64,000 nt of DNA, from the NCBI GenBank assembly GCA_010093995.1, contig ML992511.1:1020172-1084171 (forward strand), given 5' to 3'. Position 1 is the first letter of the stretch; every line of letters begins with the position of its first letter. Of the stretch, positions 46,380-60,441 are shown in pieces. This DNA is from Elsinoe ampelina. Lineage: Eukaryota. A program made the translations under genes and the position numbers. Below the pieces are notes generated by a model. It ran no database searches, was not told the origin of the DNA, and saw nothing but the letters and a program-made list of their open reading frames with translations.

Positions 46380-47778
46380 TTTTGCGTGATTGGAAGATTC
46401 GCTATATGAGCTGTCAGCGTGAATGTTGAGGAACAGCTTTGCAAGCGACGAAAGACTCACTCGGGCGCTTAGAAATCAGCTGAGAGAAAGTGATGTGCGG
46501 CGCGAAATGCAGCAATGCCTGAAGCCTTTGCGATCGAGGGTAGATGGATCTATGCGAAGATGATGACTGTCGTTGGAATTGAGTGCAGCCAGCGACGAGA
46601 CGGAAGCGTAAGTTAAAGTGACAGTGTGGTGAGGATGTGAAAAGAAAGAAGTGAAGGTGAGTACAAGTGATTTATTGGGCGCGGGCACATGCCGTCACCT
46701 TTTGCCAAGACAATCACCCATTTCACTTGAAGGTGAGAGAAACATTTGCCGTCATATGACAGACACAAACAACCATCATGGTGGGTTCATTGGTAGGAGC
46801 TCACATCAATGGAGGATTGATTTTGCTATAGGTATTGGACGCAGACCTCAAAACAGATCCGCCGTGTCATGCGCTGGCTTGCCAGATCCAAGGCAAGGTT
46901 TGGCAGTCCTGAATTGAGAACCTAGACTAACAGGGCTCAGACTGTCTCCAAAAGAATCAATATGACCAAAGCCGATGCGAGAAGGAGGTTCGCTATCTCT
47001 GACTCTACCAGGAAAGCGGACTCTGACCGTCCTAGATCGATCGTCTGTACGAATGCTGCAATGCCTTCTACCAGAAAAACGGCGACGATAGTCAGAACGT
47101 GAGCTGTCCAAAAGCCAGCCTCCTCAGGTATGACTGCTATCCCTGTGTCCTATCTCTAGCTGACCAAGTCCAGGCTGAAGATGAAGCAAAGAGCTCAAGG
47201 TGTGAAATAGTCGCGTGCGAATCAGTTCTGTAACGCTTCCTTTCCTATCTGTGCCCGCATGTCCCTCGGAAGGGATAGAGCAAAGTAAACAGGAGACGTA
47301 TTCCTCTAAGGGCATCGGAGCACGCAAGGAGACCTCAAGGATCTGTACAAACACTGATCGGGTCTGAACCGAGACTCTATTGATGGCCTATAATGACATT
47401 GAAGAGAAAAAGGGAGATTTGGCGCAGAAGCTGAGATTTTATGAGGTGCGAGCATCGGCCTTGGCATTCTCGGGCATTATTAGAGCAGACAGGAAGGTAC
47501 TTCCCTTTTCAACGTTCATTCTGTTTGAACCTGTGCTTGCTGCGACGTGATACACTCTCGCTCACAGTACCAACCCTATCTTCGTAGCTCATCACGTTGA
47601 TATATGTTCCCTCGCATCCAGCATTCTGTATTTGGCCGATCATGTCCTACGGGCAGATCCGACCAGCCTTGGCGGACATGGTCAACATGTAGGATTTCAA
47701 AACAACATTGTCTGCTCAACTTTCAGCCTGATCTCTTCGATACTTTCTTTTTCATTCTGGTCATAGATATAGATCAGT

Positions 47779-49412
47779 ATGGCTCCACGGCGTAAGATCA
47801 TCATAGACACCGATCCAGGGGTGGACGATATTCTTGCTATTTTATTAGCTTTTTCCGCCACGTCCGAAGAGCTCGATGTTTTGTTATTGTCTCTTACCTA
47901 TGGCAATGTCGAGGTTGATAAGTGCCTACGCAATGTCATTTCACTCCTATACCACGTTCATCAAGAAATGAGATGGCGTCAGCAGAATGGAAAGGCTCCA
48001 GGTTTCGAAGCCCTTTCAGCCTCGAAACCGATTGTGGCGATCGGAGCCGAGAACCCTCTCGCTGATGCCATGTTGATGGCCGACTATTTCCGTAGGTCGC
48101 CCCCACTCTATCCGACGCTGAGTACTAACAAAGACCCTCAGATGGAACAGACGGTCTTGGTGGCATTTCTGAAAGTGTACGTCGTACTACGCTGCTTCTA
48201 GCAGATGGACTGAATATGTCATAGCATCCACATTTGACCCCTGATGAGACATGGCAAGCACTATCAAAACAAGTCAGCAAGTCCAACAAACCAGAGGATG
48301 CAGCAGCGAGATCGGAATTATCAGACAAAGATCAGCTATTCCGTCCTTCGAAGATCCCAGCTCACAAGGAGATTCTTCGCCTGCTGAAGGAAAATGCCCA
48401 AGATGAGATCACTATTGTCGCTGTCGGACCCATGACAAATCTTGCTCTAGCAGCAGCCGAAGATCCAGTAACCTTTCTTCGCACCAAGGAGGTGGTCATT
48501 ATGGGCGGCGCAGTGTCTGTACCTGGCAATGTACGTTCCGCAGCAGCCACACAATTTCTTTGCATCAGTCTCAAACCCCATACATTCCGTTCCAAGACAC
48601 CTTTCTCAAGCTTTTGCTGAATTCTGCATACCCCTCCACCACTACATCCGCCACCGTCTCCTCCCCATCCTCCATTCGGCCTCACCAAGGCTCCATCCAA
48701 CCTTATCCGCTCTGCTCTGACGCTACGAAACCAGATCACCCCCGTCGCCGAATTCAACACATTTGCCGATTCATACGCCGCCGCACGACTCTACGCCCTC
48801 TCATCACCACTCCCAGCATCGACCATGCCACCCACCCCGCCAACACCTCAAGGCAAACGAACTGTCTTCCCGCCACCACCTCACCTCTCCCCATACCCCA
48901 GATCCCTTCCGAAACAACTCCCTATCACTCTGTTCCCCCTGGACATCACCCACGTCCATAACCTTACCCGCACCACTTTCACCAACACCGTCACCCCTCT
49001 CATCTCCGCCGGTTCCCCACTCGCCAAATGGATCGATGCATTCATCTCCTCCACCTTCCGCAAAGTCGAATCCCTCCGTAGCGCCGACACCACCTCCGAG
49101 CTCTCCTTGGAAATGCACGACCCGCTATGCATCTGGTACGTCCTCACCGGCCATCGACCAGGGTGGAAAGTGCTGCACGCCGAGGACCTACGAGTGGAGA
49201 CATCAGGCCAGTGGACGAGAGGAATGTGCGTGGTCGATGGCAGGGATCGGAAGAAGGCGGATGAGGGGATGGCGCAGGCGGGTAAGGAGATCAAGGGGGA
49301 CCATGGGGGTTGGTTGTCGAATCAGCGCGGGAATAGGGTTGATCGGGCGGTAGCGAGTCCGGATGCGGAGGGGTTCGCGGGGGAGATGTTGGGGAGGATA
49401 TTTGGGTTGTAG
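47779..49412 (+). CDS. Inosine/uridine-preferring nucleoside hydrolase family protein, 4 exons
   Basis: IIDTDPGVDD, spliced HGTDGLGG, VGPMTNLA, MGGA..PGN spliced to ITPVAEFN, PLDIT, MHDPL. Confidence 0.92.
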
Positions 49413-49727
49413 AGAGAAAGTCGTTGAGGGATCAGAGGATGGAGAAGGAAACGAAGATCTAGGAAAGTCAGTAGACACAGAGGCTGAGAATCGAATTGTT
49501 CACCCGACCCTTGGCGCCCAGCAATCGTGGTGGTTTCGTATTGACCTCCTGAATGTAAGATTCCCTCCTCGCTAGCCAGTGTTTGCACAGCATTGGACTG
49601 CTGACGAGGGAATCATGCACGTCTATATCTACGGAAGATGCTCGATCGACACCCATCAAGGCTCTATCCTCCCCTCAACCTTCTCTGCACATCCACCCCG
49701 TCCCTCCCCATCACTTCTTTCCAATTC

Positions 49728-51446
49728 TCACCTCCTCTCAACCCTCACCTCCAACCTCCCCCTCAGGTCCGAAATCCCAAAACTCTCCGTCGGCACCCTG
49801 CCCTCCCCACCTTCCACCCCTCCTCCCGCCAAACTAAACTTATACCTCCCCACTAACCCCCCCACCACCTTCCCAATCTCCACCATGGCCAAATTCCGCC
49901 CAATACAAGCCCTATGCCCCGCCCCAAACCCCAACAATTGCTCCTTATGCGCCGCCGTGTACCCCCCATCCAACCACCTCTCCGGCTTAAACGTCCCTGC
50001 GTCCTCGCCGAAAACAGCCGGGTCATGGTGCAGCACCGCGTTGCACACGCTCACGTCGATGCCGCCGGGGAGACGTTCGCCTGCCACGATGGCGGAGGGG
50101 AAGGGTACGACCCGCATGAGTGGCATGGTGAAGACGGGAGCGAAGCGGAATGTTTCTGTGATGACGGAGGAGAGGTACTTATGGGGGAGGGTCTGGGCGT
50201 AGGGGACGACGGCGGAGGCGGGGGAGGGAGAGGAGGCGAGGTTGGCGATGGGGGAGGTGGGGGCGAGGAGATCGGCTTCGAGGGCGGCGAGGGTGGAGGG
50301 GTGGTGCAGGAGGAGGTGGAAGAGGAAGGTGAGGGTTGTGGCGGTCGTGTGGGAGCCGGCGATGATGAAGCCGAATGCTTCGGTTTGGATGTCGAGTTCT
50401 TCGAGGGTGCCGGTGGTGTGTTCGGAGATGAGTTTGGCGAGGAGGTCCCGGCGGGAAGGGTCGGGGTTGGCGAGGCGTTGGGAGACGCAGGAAATGGCGA
50501 GCTGGATGTATTAGTAGACGTGGTTGGGAGAGAGAAAGAAGGGGATGAGACTTACGTTGCGGAGTCTCATGCGGCCTTTGATGACGGATTGGAGGGAGGG
50601 AATGGGCAGCTTGGGGAGGTATTTGCCAAAGTAAGGGAGGAGGGAGGGAAGTTGGCCTGTGAGCATGGCAAGGTAGACCTGACTAGTCAATTAAGGATAT
50701 GATTGCATGCCCGAGTTCATTCTTACATGTTCTCGAAGTGGTGGTAATGCCTCTTGCTGCCCCTTTTCGAGCATGTTGAATGACTTTGAGAAAGCCAGCT
50801 CCCCGAGCACATCAATCACAAAAAAGGACAGCCAATTCTTGAGGTCTACGACTTCGTTTGTCTCTGCTGCCTTGTCCAGTCTGGCAATCAGCTTCGTGAG
50901 GCAACCATCAATGTAGCCTTCCATCTGGGTGACAGACTGTAAGGAGAAGCCATTGGACAGTGCCTTTTTCCTTGCATGGTGGATGTCTTCATCCCTGGTG
51001 CCGAATATGTTGGGCCTGAGCGCGGTGAATGCATCATAGAAACTACTGTACGATTGTCAGTACTTGTGAAGATTTTGGTCTTGATGCTTCAGAGTCGAGG
51101 GCATTCCCAGGTACTGGAATGTCCGTGACAAGACGACAATTCGGTTGAGAGGGGCTGTACAGCCATGGATCGTGATACATACCTCTTCACAAAGGACTTG
51201 CCGGTTAAAAATATATCCTTGACTGCATCGGGATGTGTCACGTCGAGGTGATTCGGGCCAACTCGGACGAACTCGATGAAGCTCATTCAGCACCTTCTCA
51301 TAGTCGCCGGCACCAACGTGCCATAGCTTCCAGAGGGGGCTGAGTCCTGCAAGCAATGGACCAGGATATTTGGCTAGAGGATGAAGGAATCGTTGATAGA
51401 CAATATAAGCGACGATCAGACCTGGTAGCAATAGTTGGAGCAGCAT
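49728..51446 (-). pseudogene. Cytochrome P450 with a single apparent frameshift in exon 1 (recent pseudogene or sequence error)
   Basis: N-terminal TM + HPLAKYPGP, AGSHTT, ETFR, PERW and heme motif FGAGHRACIG. At about 51275 ELH and EFVRVGPNHL are in different frames, with no room for an intron. Confidence 0.8.
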
Positions 51447-52091
51447 AGTCGGGATCCTTTCAATTGTGTGGAGAATTTACACGACTGAGCGCTTCTACTT
51501 GGCATGCAAATGACAGCAATAACAGAGTGTATTAAGCAACAATTGACGAGGTTACAGATATATCGCTTGTGGCCTCCCGAGGACCTAGGGAGGAGTAGCA
51601 ACATTTGCGGATGTTGGGTGCCGCATCAAGCGGGGTCTTAGGCTTCGTCTCGTCCTGTAGAGAACGATGTAATGACTCGTGTGCTGCAGTCTTTCTTTTA
51701 CACGTCCCCATGGAGAGATTTGCCAAGTCAATCAACGTCGGCGTTTGAAATTCTGCGGAGAGGTCGTGATATGGTATAGAAGCACATGTGTGAGTGCTTG
51801 CCTGTTCCAGCAAGCCGATAGAACCCGGCCATGAGGGGTTGGAATGCTAAGCACCAGCTATTGGGGGCGCAGCATCTGCAAAAGCATGATGAAACATGGG
51901 GACATTTGAAGTGCCTGTGTGATGATCCCGCAACTGCAGATTTCGGAAAAGCAGCCTTTGTCTCCGCCGTCGTGACGGAGCACGTGGTGGAGGTGCCGAG
52001 AGTGGCGCCGGCGAGGTCAGCGGCGTGGGCTTTTCCGCCTGGGCACACGTTCCTTCCGATTTCACCCTGGTCAGAAAACATCTTGGAACTG

Positions 52092-53286
52092 CACAGCCTC
52101 TTTTGATTTTGAATTGCTAGAAAAACCTTGCTTCACATCGCCAAGTGGCGGAGATCACGCCAAGGAAAAGCCAAGGTGCGTTGTCATGAAGACCACCTCA
52201 CAGGGTGACATGGGTGGCGCTTTGACGTTTTGTAATTCCACACGCAAATATTCGATCTCTGTGACGGACAGACAACATGCCAGATGACAGCGAGGCGTCA
52301 GCCTTCGGCATCGAATACTCAAGCCCTTTGGTAAAACAAATTGTTGTGCTTGAGGGCATTGTCTCCTCGCCTGACAGAACCTCAAATGGTCATCAGGCTG
52401 TCTCGAGCCGTCAGGGGGAAGTTTGGACGGTGGATCTGTTCGACCAATCAAAGAATGACATGGCGATTGGCGCTGCGGGCCGGGTTCGCTTCAGCGATCC
52501 GAGACAAAGCAACTTCAGGCCATGGTATGCTCATGTCTTTGTCAAAAACACATGATGTGACATGTTATTATTGTTCGTTACAGAAGGAACACCGCATTAA
52601 GCATCAGCCGAGCATGCGATAACCACATTCTATCATGCCCCCCAGCCTGATGCGTCTTTAATGTCTGGTCCACCAGAAAAAAAAAACACCCGCCGATTAA
52701 CCTCATTTGCCCCGGATTTTCGTAGCACTGCCTCAATTGCCAAGTCAACTCTGTCTCTTCCTGTGATCGCAGATGTCGCTCGCCTTCTGCAGCACACTTT
52801 CTGCGACCAATCGCGCCTTGCATCTAGGATTTCATCTTCGTCCTGAGGCTGCTGGCCAAGTTTTTGGGTATTTCCCACCGCGCTAAAGCGCTTCCTGGTA
52901 GATCGACCTCCCGCGCATATCACTCCCGGCATTTTCCAACCTTCTCCTCAACTATCCTCAACAGGCAGGACAAGGAAAAGCTCAGAGGAATCTACAAGGT
53001 CCTGAGTGCTCGGCCTTTGACTACACGAGCTTTCTCGTCTGCTATTCACCGACTTCTGCTCAGCCCCATTGTCTTGCACAAGACCTGAGCTGCTGCCACC
53101 ACGCCTGAACTTTCCCAGCACAGCTTTTCGCCTCTCACACATCATCCAGGTCTTGGACTATGGGTCTATAGCCGCCTGATTGAAAGGAACTTTCACATTT
53201 CGCCCCCACCCAATTGCCTTCTGCACAGCCCGGACTGGGCAGCTGGTGAAAACAATCCACTTCAGCTCCCTCATTTGTTCAGCCAC
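52092..53286 (+). promoter_or_regulatory. Cluster of candidate Crz1/CrzA calcineurin-response elements upstream of PMC1
   Basis: CACAGCCTC (52092-52100), TGAGGCTG (52844-52851), CACAGCC (53224-53230) and TCAGCCAC (53279-53286). PMC1 homologues are known Crz1 targets. Confidence 0.45.
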
Positions 53287-53315
53287 TTTGCACATCTTCA
53301 CATCTCGCACACAAC

Positions 53316-56300
53316 ATGGCGGACCATAACGAGGATCCCTCCTCACCCAAGGGTCGTCCACGAGCTCCTACGATAACTATCGACACATCAGCCGTGAGTA
53401 CACTAATCGACACATTCGTTACGTGACTAACATGATCCAGGGTGATGCACCGGCTGGCCAAAGAACACCGACTGGCTCTTTCGAACAGGGCCGTCCTGTC
53501 TCCCCTCATAATGTCTCCTCACCCACACAATCGAACCTCCTCGCGGTACCAGGCGCACGTTCAAGAGCAAGTTCAGTGGACACAGATGCGGGGTCGACCA
53601 CGTCTAGCACATATGTGACATCCCAGGCAAACAACGAGAAATCGAAGCTGGACCCTCCACATGAGCAGGATATGTTGAGTGACGAGGAGGCTCTCAAGCC
53701 TGACCCGGGCACAGAGGCCGATTTCGTACGAGAGAACAACCCCTTTGCTTTCACACCTGGACAGTTCAGCAAGCTGTTCAACCCAAAGAGCATGGGTGCT
53801 TTCCACGCTCTGGGCGGTATGTCTGGCATTGAAAAGGGTTTACGATCCGACCGCAAGACTGGTCTCAGTGTTGACGAAACTACTATGGACGGCTACGTCT
53901 CCTTCGGCAGTGCTACTGGTGGCTCCTACAATCCAGAATCACCTACCATTGATCCTAAGAATGCGAACCTTCACAACCACAAACCAACTATCGACGGCGA
54001 GCACTTTGCTGATCGTCTCCGCATTTTCAGCGACAACCGCCTTCCCGAGCGAAAGTCAAAGAGTATCTGGGAACTTGCATGGATCGCGTACAAGGACAAG
54101 ATCCTGCTGCTCTTGACTGGTGCTGCTGTCATTTCTCTGGCCCTTGGTCTATACCAGACCTTCGGTAACGATCACGCCGCGGAGGGTTCGAGCGGAGAAT
54201 GGATTGAGGGTGTTGCGATCGTTGTCGCTATTCTCATTGTCGTCTTCGTTGGTGCGCTCAATGACTGGCAGAAAGAACGCCAATTCGTCAAGCTCAACCG
54301 CAAGAAGGAAGATCGCACCATCAAGGTCGTTCGCTCTGGCAAGACACAAGAGATCTCGGTCTACGACGTACTTGTCGGCGATGTCGTCCTTCTCGAGCCC
54401 GGTGACATGGTTCCAGTCGATGGTATCTTCATCGAAGGCCATGGAGTCAAATGCGACGAATCTTCAGCTACCGGTGAGTCCGACCTGCTCAAGAAGACTC
54501 CTGCCGAAGACGTATGGCGCGCCATGCAGAACGGCGAATCGCTCAAAAAGATGGATCCTTTCATCATTTCTGGTTCCAAGGTCAATGAAGGTATTGGTCG
54601 CTTCATGGTCACCGCTACTGGTGTCAACTCATCTTTCGGCAAGACCATGATGGCTCTCCGCGAGGACAACGATCCCACACCTCTCCAGGTCAAGCTCAAC
54701 GTCCTGGCCGAGTACATCGCCAAACTCGGCGGTAGCGCCGCCCTCCTGCTCTTCGTCGTCCTGACCATCAAGTTCTTGGCTGAGCTGAAGAATAACCCTC
54801 GCACGCCATCCGAGAAGGGTCAGCAGTTCTTGAATATCTTCATCGTTGCCGTCACTATCGTTGTCGTGGCTGTTCCCGAGGGTCTCCCACTGGCTGTCAC
54901 CCTAGCTCTGGCTTTTGCTACCAAGAAGATGACCAAGGACAACAACTTGGTGCGTGTCCTGCGATCTTGCGAGACCATGGGTAACGCAACCACTGTATGC
55001 TCCGACAAGACTGGTACCCTCACTCAGAACGTCATGACTGTCGTTGCTGGCGCTATTGGCACTGCTTCGAGATTCGCCAGCCGCGCCTCTGCTGGAACTG
55101 ATATGCCATCTGGTGATGCTGGTAAAGCAGTTGAGGAGTCTTTGGAAGACGTTTCCGCTCCAGAGTGCCTCGGCAGCCTCGCTCAAGACGTCAAGACCGC
55201 CTGGAAAGACTCGATCGCGACCAACTCTACTGCCTTTGAGACAGAAGACAAGGGACAGACAGTCTTCGTTGGCTCCAAGACTGAGACCTCTCTTCTTCAG
55301 TTCGCTCGTGAGTTCCTCGGCATGGGATCTATTGCCGAAGAGCGTTCCAATGCGAACATTGTCCAGCTTTTCCCCTTCGACTCGGGCCGCAAGTGTATGG
55401 GTGTCGTTCTTAAGCTCGCCGATGGAAGGTACCGACTTTTTGTCAAGGGTGCCTCCGAGATCATGCTTAGGCACTGTACCAACATTATCGCCGACCCAAG
55501 GAAGGGTATGGATGCCATTCCTATTCCCGGCGACAACGTTGAGGCTCTCGAGCACTTGATCGAAACATACGCAAACCGCTCTCTCCGTACCATTGGCTTC
55601 ATCTTCAAGGATTCCGAGGTCTGGCCGCCCAAGGGTGCCCGCGCCATGGAAGACGATGCCTCGCTGGCCCAATTCGAGGATGTCCTCAAGGACATGACCT
55701 TCTTCGGTCTCGTTGGTATTCAGGATCCTCTTCGTCCCGGTGTGCCAGAGGCCGTCGCCGACTGCATTCGTGCTGGTGTCTTCCCTCGCATGGTCACCGG
55801 TGACAACATTCTTACAGCCAAGGCCATCGCTTCAGAGTGCGGTATCTACACAGCCGGTGGTGTTGCCATGGAAGGTCCAGTCTTCCGCAAGCTCACCAAG
55901 AACCAGCAACGCGAGATCATCCCCAAGCTTCAGGTATTGGCCCGTTCTTCTCCAGAGGATAAGCGTGTCTTGGTCCGCCGTCTGAAAGAGATGGGCGAGA
56001 CTGTCGCTGTCACTGGTGATGGTACCAACGACGCTCCCGCCCTCAAGGCTGCCGATGTTGGTTTCTCCATGGGTATCGCTGGTACTGAAGTCGCAAAGGA
56101 AGCCTCCGACATTATTCTCATGGACGACAACTTTACTTCGATTGTCAAGGCTCTCATGTGGGGTCGCGCTGTCAACGACTCTGTCCGCAAGTTCTTGCAG
56201 TTTCAGATCACCGTCAACATCACCGCTGTCATGCTCGCCTTCATCTCCGCCGTCTCCAGCGATGAGGAAGTCTCGGTGCTTACCGCCGTTCAGCTTCTCT

Positions 56301-57490
56301 GGGTCAACCTGATCATGGACACTTTCGCCGCTCTTGCTCTTGCCACCGATCCACCAACCCGTGGTGTGCTCACCAGGAAGCCAGTTCCCAAGTCTGCTGG
56401 CCTATTCACCCTCAACATGTGGAAGATGATCATCGGACAGTCTATCTTCCAGCTCGTTGTTACACTCATCTTGTACTTTGGCGGCACTCGCATCCTTAGC
56501 TACGAGAGCGAACGCGAGCAGAGACAGCTCAGGACACTTGTTTTCAACACATTCGTCTGGATGCAGATTTTCAATCAGGTCAACGCTCGTCGTCTCGACA
56601 ACCACTTCAACATCTTCGAAGGCATTCACCGCAACAAGTTCTTCGCCCTCATGTGCTCTATCATGATTGGCGGTCAGACTTTGATCATCTTCGTCGGAGG
56701 CAATGCTTTCTCCGTCGTGCGTCTTAATGGACCGCAGTGGGGATACTCGATTGTTCTTGGTTTCCTCTCCTGGCCAATGGGTATAGTGATCCGTCTCATC
56801 CCAGACGAGTTGATCGCCGAGCTTATTCCCAAGCGCTGGAAGAACAGAAAGCCAAAGATCATCATCGATGACGAAGATGAGCACTCATGGGAGTACAACC
56901 AGGGTATCCTCGAGATCAAGGAGGAACTTGGCTTCATCAAGAAGTACAAGGGCGGTCGTCTCAACCAGCTACGCTTCGCCGTCAAGCACCCTCGCCAGGC
57001 CATGATTCACTCCAGGTCACGCAGCGAAATATCCATTCCTGCCACCCCTGTCGTCGAGCAAGTCGACAACGAAAAGACCGCACCTCCATCGCCATCACCA
57101 GCACCACCCACGCCCGACTCCAAGAAGTCCCGCGCCCGCGCCAGGTCACGATCCAACTCTGCCCTCGCTGGTATCGCCATGGCCGGTGTCGTCGCCGGCT
57201 CCATCGGCGGCTGGTCACCCATCGGCGAGAACAGCGAAGACGGAGGTTCCAAATTCAACCGCATCCGCTCCAAGAGCGACCTGTCCAAGCAGGTTCCTCT
57301 CGAGGTGCACCCCGACACCAGGGAAGACGACCCAGTCTTTGTCGAGAACCCGATCGAGGCTGCAGGTTACGCACCACCGAGCCAGTCGGTCAACACCACG
57401 CCTGCGTTCCCCATTGGACCGTACGCTGGACAACCACGTCTTAGCACGGATGATAGGTCGAGCAATGACAAGCCAAAGGAGGAGGTTTAG
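53316..57490 (+). CDS. PMC1: P2B-type Ca2+-transporting ATPase (vacuolar Pmc1)
   Basis: ATGES, PEGLPLAV, DKTGT, KGASE, MVTGDN, GDGTNDAPAL. Exon 1 (53316-53393) plus intron 53394-53440 supplies the likely true ATG. Confidence 0.95.
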
Positions 57491-58101
57491 AACGATGATG
57501 ATGGAAAACAAAAGAATGGAGGTTTACTTTTTCTTGTGTTTATTCACTATAGAATTACCCTGAGGAATATCGAGGCATGGCCTAGGTCGGACACGACTTC
57601 TTTGTTGTTGGCCGGGGCGTTTTTTCCCCTGTATTGTAGATTACTTCCCGATACCATTGCATTGAAGTAACAAAAATTTATTCTCTTTGACGTATTTGCA
57701 ATCGTTTTGTGATGTTTACAAGCGGGCGCCTCTGTCCCAAACCCTCTCATCTACCGCAGTTTCCATGTCGTCAATGTCGTCGGGCATGCGTTGGGCATGC
57801 GTGGGGCGCACAGAGCGCAAAGTAAGGAACGCAGGAGCACAACGCTTTCCATGACGCCGACTATGGACATGAAAAATTTCACCTCTCGACTGATCTCTGG
57901 AAGGAGTCTTCAGTGGTAGAGTCCAGTGGACAGCGGTCAAGTCTCGGGTGTCGGGTATCGATTCATCAACTCAGCAATATACACTTTCCCCCCCTTCCCC
58001 TCCCCCCTCCATCCACGCCCTACCCAAACCAAAACATGCGATTCGCTAATCCATGACATTTTCATCTTCCCCTGCTCTCGTGCCTTGCTCCTATCCGCAG
58101 A

Positions 58102-59437
58102 CTAAGGTCTCCGACTCGAGCTCCTCACCGTCCGACTCCGACTCCTCGTCCGCGGCGGCGGGGGTATATACGAACTCATGGAACCTGGTTCTCGTTAGCT
58201 GAGTCCTCTCAAGTACAATGATCCCCGGAACAACAACGATACCTTCCCCTCCCTTGCCCGCACCTCCCTGCCCTTCAAAAACAGACAAACATCAAGAAAA
58301 TCGTAAATACTCACTATCACTCGTCCCACTACTGCTGGAACTACTGTAGTAACTCCTCTCCTCCTTCTTCCTGTCCCGCGACCTCTTCGCGCCAAGCAAC
58401 GCCGCCAGCCCCGCCAGTCCAGCTCCAACACCCAGCAATCCCTTCCCTGCTCCCCCGCCTTTGCTAACCTTCTCCTCCCTCACCACCCTCCTGGGCCGAT
58501 CGGAGCCGTACCACGACCGATCATCCCTGCTCCCGCCCCTGCGTGACCGACGGACGTACTCCTCCTCTCGCACCTCGACTTCTCTCTCCCGACGCCGTTT
58601 CTTCCCGAAGCCGAATAACGCGAGTACCCCGTCCAGCAGTCCCTTGAGACAGCACAGGAAGCACAGCAGGAAGAGCAGCGCGAGGCCGAAGATGACGCCC
58701 AGGACGATGCCCGCGATGGCGCCGGGGGAGAGGCCGCCTCCACCTTCGACGGGTTGGGCGGAGACGCCGACGGTGACGGTGGCACCTGTGGCGACGGGGG
58801 CGAGGAAAGCGACTGTTGTGGTGGGTGTGGTGCCGACGGTCGTGCGGGTGATGAGGGTGCTATCTGTGGGGCGGAGAGGAGGGAGGAAGCCGACTGTCGT
58901 GCCGGTGGGGACGGTGAAGGTGTTGGCGAAGTTGGAGGAGCCTGGGTTGGCGGCGGGGGCGCATTTGCCGGATTGGAGACAGTATTGAGAGGAGGTGCAG
59001 CAGATGGGCCCGCAGGGGGATTCGTTGAGGGAGTAGTTGCATTGGGCGTTGGAGGCTGCGGTTGGGGCGGCGGTGGCGGCGCCGACGAAGGAGGAGCCGA
59101 TGGATGTGACTGTCACGAGGTCGGTACGGACGAAGGTTGTGGTGAAGGGTTGCCACCAGCCGTTGCCGGAGCCTGAGCCCGAGTCTGCTAGTGCTCCGCA
59201 GGCGGCTTCACCGGCTGAGTTGGTGTAGCAGTATTGTGAGCTTGTGCAGCATAGACGTCCTTCCCAGCCGCAAGGGTTAGCACACCCTTGACGTGGGATG
59301 AGTTGTGAAATTTCCAATGAGCCCAACTCGCCGGCGTCTCGCGGCTCTTGTAATGAAGGTAGGGCGGTGGTTGTGCTGAGGAGAGTGAGAGTGAGGAGAG
59401 CCAGTGTTGACGGCATCTTGAGTAGATCGAGGCGCAT
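58102..59437 (-). CDS. Single-pass membrane protein: Cys-rich ectodomain, Thr-rich stalk, TM helix, Arg/Ser-rich tail (2 exons)
   Basis: Signal peptide, two CC-containing repeats (CGWEGRLCCTSSQYC, CGPICCTSSQYC), TM LSPGAIAGIVLGV. An intron after about 58314 leads to a stop at 58102. Start 59437 or 59416. Confidence 0.8.
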
Positions 59438-60441
59438 CAGCGCTCGAGTGAATGTGTGCCTGCTCTTGTCCAAAATGCCTCGTTTCGTCTGATATCGAGA
59501 TTGTCGAGATTCTTCGAGCTCAACAGCGACAGTCGGTGAAGTCGGAATTGGCTTTCAGTCTACCCCGCAGTCTGGGGATGGTCTCGAAAATACTGTAGTC
59601 GTGGATGACCGTTTGTGAGCGACGGGACGGTATGAACGGTCGTTGAAGTTGTAGATAGCGATAGTAACGTCGTGATAGCCGTTGTTGAAGTTTTGTGAAT
59701 GCAAGTGTGAAGATGCAGGTACGACAAAGGCGTGGTAGTTTCTTTAGTCGGTTGTGCAGTAAACTTTCCAAAGAAAAATGGCGGGCGGGATCCCCAGCCC
59801 TCGCGCTCATCAACCAGCCGCCCGACTTGTGGTTTTTCGCTCCAGAAACACGAATGACTCGGTCTGAACCATGAAACTTGACGAGCTAGAGTCTCATGCA
59901 TATGTCATGCAGCTCATGGAAACGTCTTGTTTGTAGATATTGTATGTGACGCGAAATATCGTGTTTTTCATGGCGGAGTGGTCGCCGGTCACTTTTGGTC
60001 GGAGAAGGAGCTCTGACCACCAAACGCGCCGATCCGCGGCTCTCACGTCGAGGGAGCAACAAAAGAGCCGCATCACCCTGAGTAGCTCACTCGCGTGTCC
60101 AGCAAACACAAAGTCTGTCGCCAATCCAATCTCCTCATTCTCGCTGTGCAAACGCTCAATCAGACTCTTGCTCCATTTCTCCACCCGTTGCCAGCCTGTC
60201 GAGAACCGCCACCCTGGTTGCAAGATCTGGTGAAGCGGAGCCAGACGATCACGTGACCGTCTGGCAAAGCATACCCATCATGGCATCTTCCCTACTCATC
60301 AATTGTTGCACATGCCATGTCCATAAGAAAATTCACAGCATCCAGGATAAGCTTGAGACATCATGAACTCCAAGCAATGCATTCCCGACCCTCCAGACCT
60401 ATGTACAATCCCCCTGCCACTCCCCTTCGCACCGCCACTAT

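Noticed and set aside
51831..52555. Short plus-strand ORFs upstream of the P450 and PMC1
   Set aside because: No recognisable motifs or consistent splice model.
53506..57563. Many overlapping antisense and alternate-frame ORFs in the track (here and over other GC-rich genes)
   Set aside because: Shadow ORFs produced by codon bias and the C/G skew; no independent features.
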